The notes beneath the pieces are model-generated. The model did no database searches. It saw nothing but the letters and a program-made list of their open reading frames with translations, and was not told where the DNA came from. From Paecilomyces variotii (lineage: Eukaryota), in NCBI GenBank assembly GCA_004022145.1, contig RCNU01000004.1: a stretch of 64,000 nucleotides of DNA, one strand, 5' to 3'. Positions 62,475-64,000 of the stretch are shown piece by piece (within the stretch, counting starts at the first letter, position 1; every line of letters starts with the position of its first letter). The position numbers and the translations under genes are program-made.

Positions 62475-63993
62475 TCATTTGCCCAATCCATCATATATAA
62501 TCTTCTCCACGCGCTCCGAACAACCCATGACCTCGACATCTACACCATGAACTTATCAGTCTCCAACCGCATACTAGAACCTGGATTCCGTACCTACCTC
62601 CAAAAGGAAGAATTTGCGACGCAACCATTCCACCAATTCCATTCTGTCGGTCAGCAAACCAGAACAAATTCGCTATCCCTGACCAGGAGGCCGACCCTAC
62701 TGCGCTTCCAGTTGGACTTTTCGTATGGCTCAAAGAGAACGATAGCCCCCATCCCTCAGTTAAGTCATCGGCAGTAGGAACCATAGGGAAAGTTTTGGTG
62801 AGTAACGGCTTCGCTGCCGGTATATACTCGTTGCAATGCCTCGGCATGTGTGGAATTTGATCCGTAAACATCTCTGCAAGAGCATTAGACGGGTTATGAG
62901 TGATTTTTGAAACCCGGTAATAATGACTAATTTCCTACCTTTAACAGTTTCTGGTCTGAGAATCTGCACGCCAGTGTGTGGACTCGTCCCATCGTTTAAC
63001 AGAAGAGCTAGAATCCCTAGACGCTTTCTATCAGCATCTTCTATCCATCAAGTTACGTTACTTTTCCCACTTAGACGAATCATACGGCAGTACTCAACTG
63101 GATTCCCAAAACAACCTGCACCACCCATACAAAAGCGCCTTTCCTTTCCAGATCTAGGAGGAAGGAAAGGATATCGAAAGACATGATCCGTGACGCTCAA
63201 TGACCCATCCTTTCCTCGTTGATGCATAAAAGCCAGGTTAGCCTTCATCTTAGCATTTGGAAAGAAAGAGATATTCTCGATCCCCAAAGGTTGGAGAATG
63301 AACGTTTGGAAATAATCTTCTAGTGACAGGCCTGTTACCCGCTCAACGAGGACACCTGCCCAGTCTAATCCGACACCGTATTGGAAACGGGTTCCAGGCT
63401 GATTAACGAGTGGGAGATGCAGGACGTCGTTTTCATGGCCTGAAAAGTCGTCGATGCCGATGGGACGAGACCAGTCGCGTAACTTGAGGTCCTCATGGGC
63501 ATATCCGAAGCCGGCTGTTTTTAGCCCAAAGAAGTCAACTAAACAGGACTGCTATTACAAAATATCGCTTAGGTTTCGATCTCTCACATGTATGACATAG
63601 TAACATCCGCATCGTGATAGCTCTATCCTTCTCCACCAGGCAAAAGTCGCCATCAGGAGCCCGCTCCAGGACCCGAACATCTCTTAACTCCGGCGCAAGA
63701 GATTCGATCTGACTGGAATCATCCAAGGATATTTTCCCTTTCTCGACCAGCTGCATAACAGCGATACTCGTGATTAACTTCGTACACGAAGCTATCCAAA
63801 ACGTCGTGTCCAGAGTCATTGGGGTCTTGTTACCGAGACCCGTCTTACCGGAGGCGTGGCTGAAGATGATCTCTCCGTCCTTGTTTACGGCGCAGTAAAC
63901 AAGGCCAGGAATACCGGGTGAAGTGCCAGAAGTCCTGCTGTCTATTTCTGTGCGAGCGGCGGCTTCTGCGCTGGGGGAAAGTATCGTCGACAT
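62475..63993 (-). CDS. Beta-lactamase-family serine hydrolase / LovD-like transesterase (multi-exon)
   Basis: FWIASCTK (SxxK), ITMRMLLCHT|AGFGY, PLVNQPGTRFQYGVGLDWAG, MGGAG, WSGIANLFWFADR, SQILPFG; last exon ends YDGLGK* at 62475. Confidence 0.88.
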
Positions 63994-64000
63994 TGTGAGG

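Noticed and set aside
1-64000. Cryptic peroxisomal targeting by stop-codon read-through (TGA-CTA)
   Set aside because: The enzyme stops I checked (ADH, ivdA, SDR, epoxide hydrolase, beta-lactamase) lack the read-through context and a downstream PTS1.
1-64000. tRNA, rRNA, CRISPR arrays, intact transposons
   Set aside because: No T-loop/cloverleaf, rRNA, spaced direct repeats, TIR/LTR or transposase/RT motifs recognised by eye; a tRNAscan/Infernal run would be needed to exclude small RNAs.

Overview
Eukaryotic DNA from a filamentous ascomycete (Eurotiales-like, i.e. Aspergillus/Penicillium/Paecilomyces-type gene content, with short GT-AG introns and CTRAC branch sites), so the raw ORF track fragments most genes. 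Left to right: ~7 kb with no intact gene upstream of the conidiation regulator brlA; a zinc-binding ADH-family oxidoreductase; an AT-rich, stop-riddled degenerate island (~11.9-17.2 kb); the Rsr1/Rap-type GTPase; the leucine-catabolism cluster mccB-ivdA-(orphan)-mccA; a D-arabinitol-dehydrogenase-like SDR; a DUF1752-like protein; a MARVEL membrane protein; an uncharacterised protein divergent from the PHD-finger gene cti6; the Woronin-body gene hexA; a large Ser/Pro-rich (possibly Seg1-like) protein; an epoxide-hydrolase-like alpha/beta hydrolase; a hexapeptide-repeat O-acetyltransferase; and a beta-lactamase-family (LovD-like) esterase. The strongest hidden signals are: (1) upstream of the hexA AUG lies a spliced, in-frame, ~250-codon open frame inside ~1.08 kb of exon-like sequence with no AUG in any frame, with a CUG in good Kozak context, suggesting a non-AUG-initiated long HexA isoform; (2) a spliced brlA-beta first exon adds exactly 23 aa to BrlA. 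All exon boundaries were derived by eye from splice consensus and frame continuity; no database search was run.
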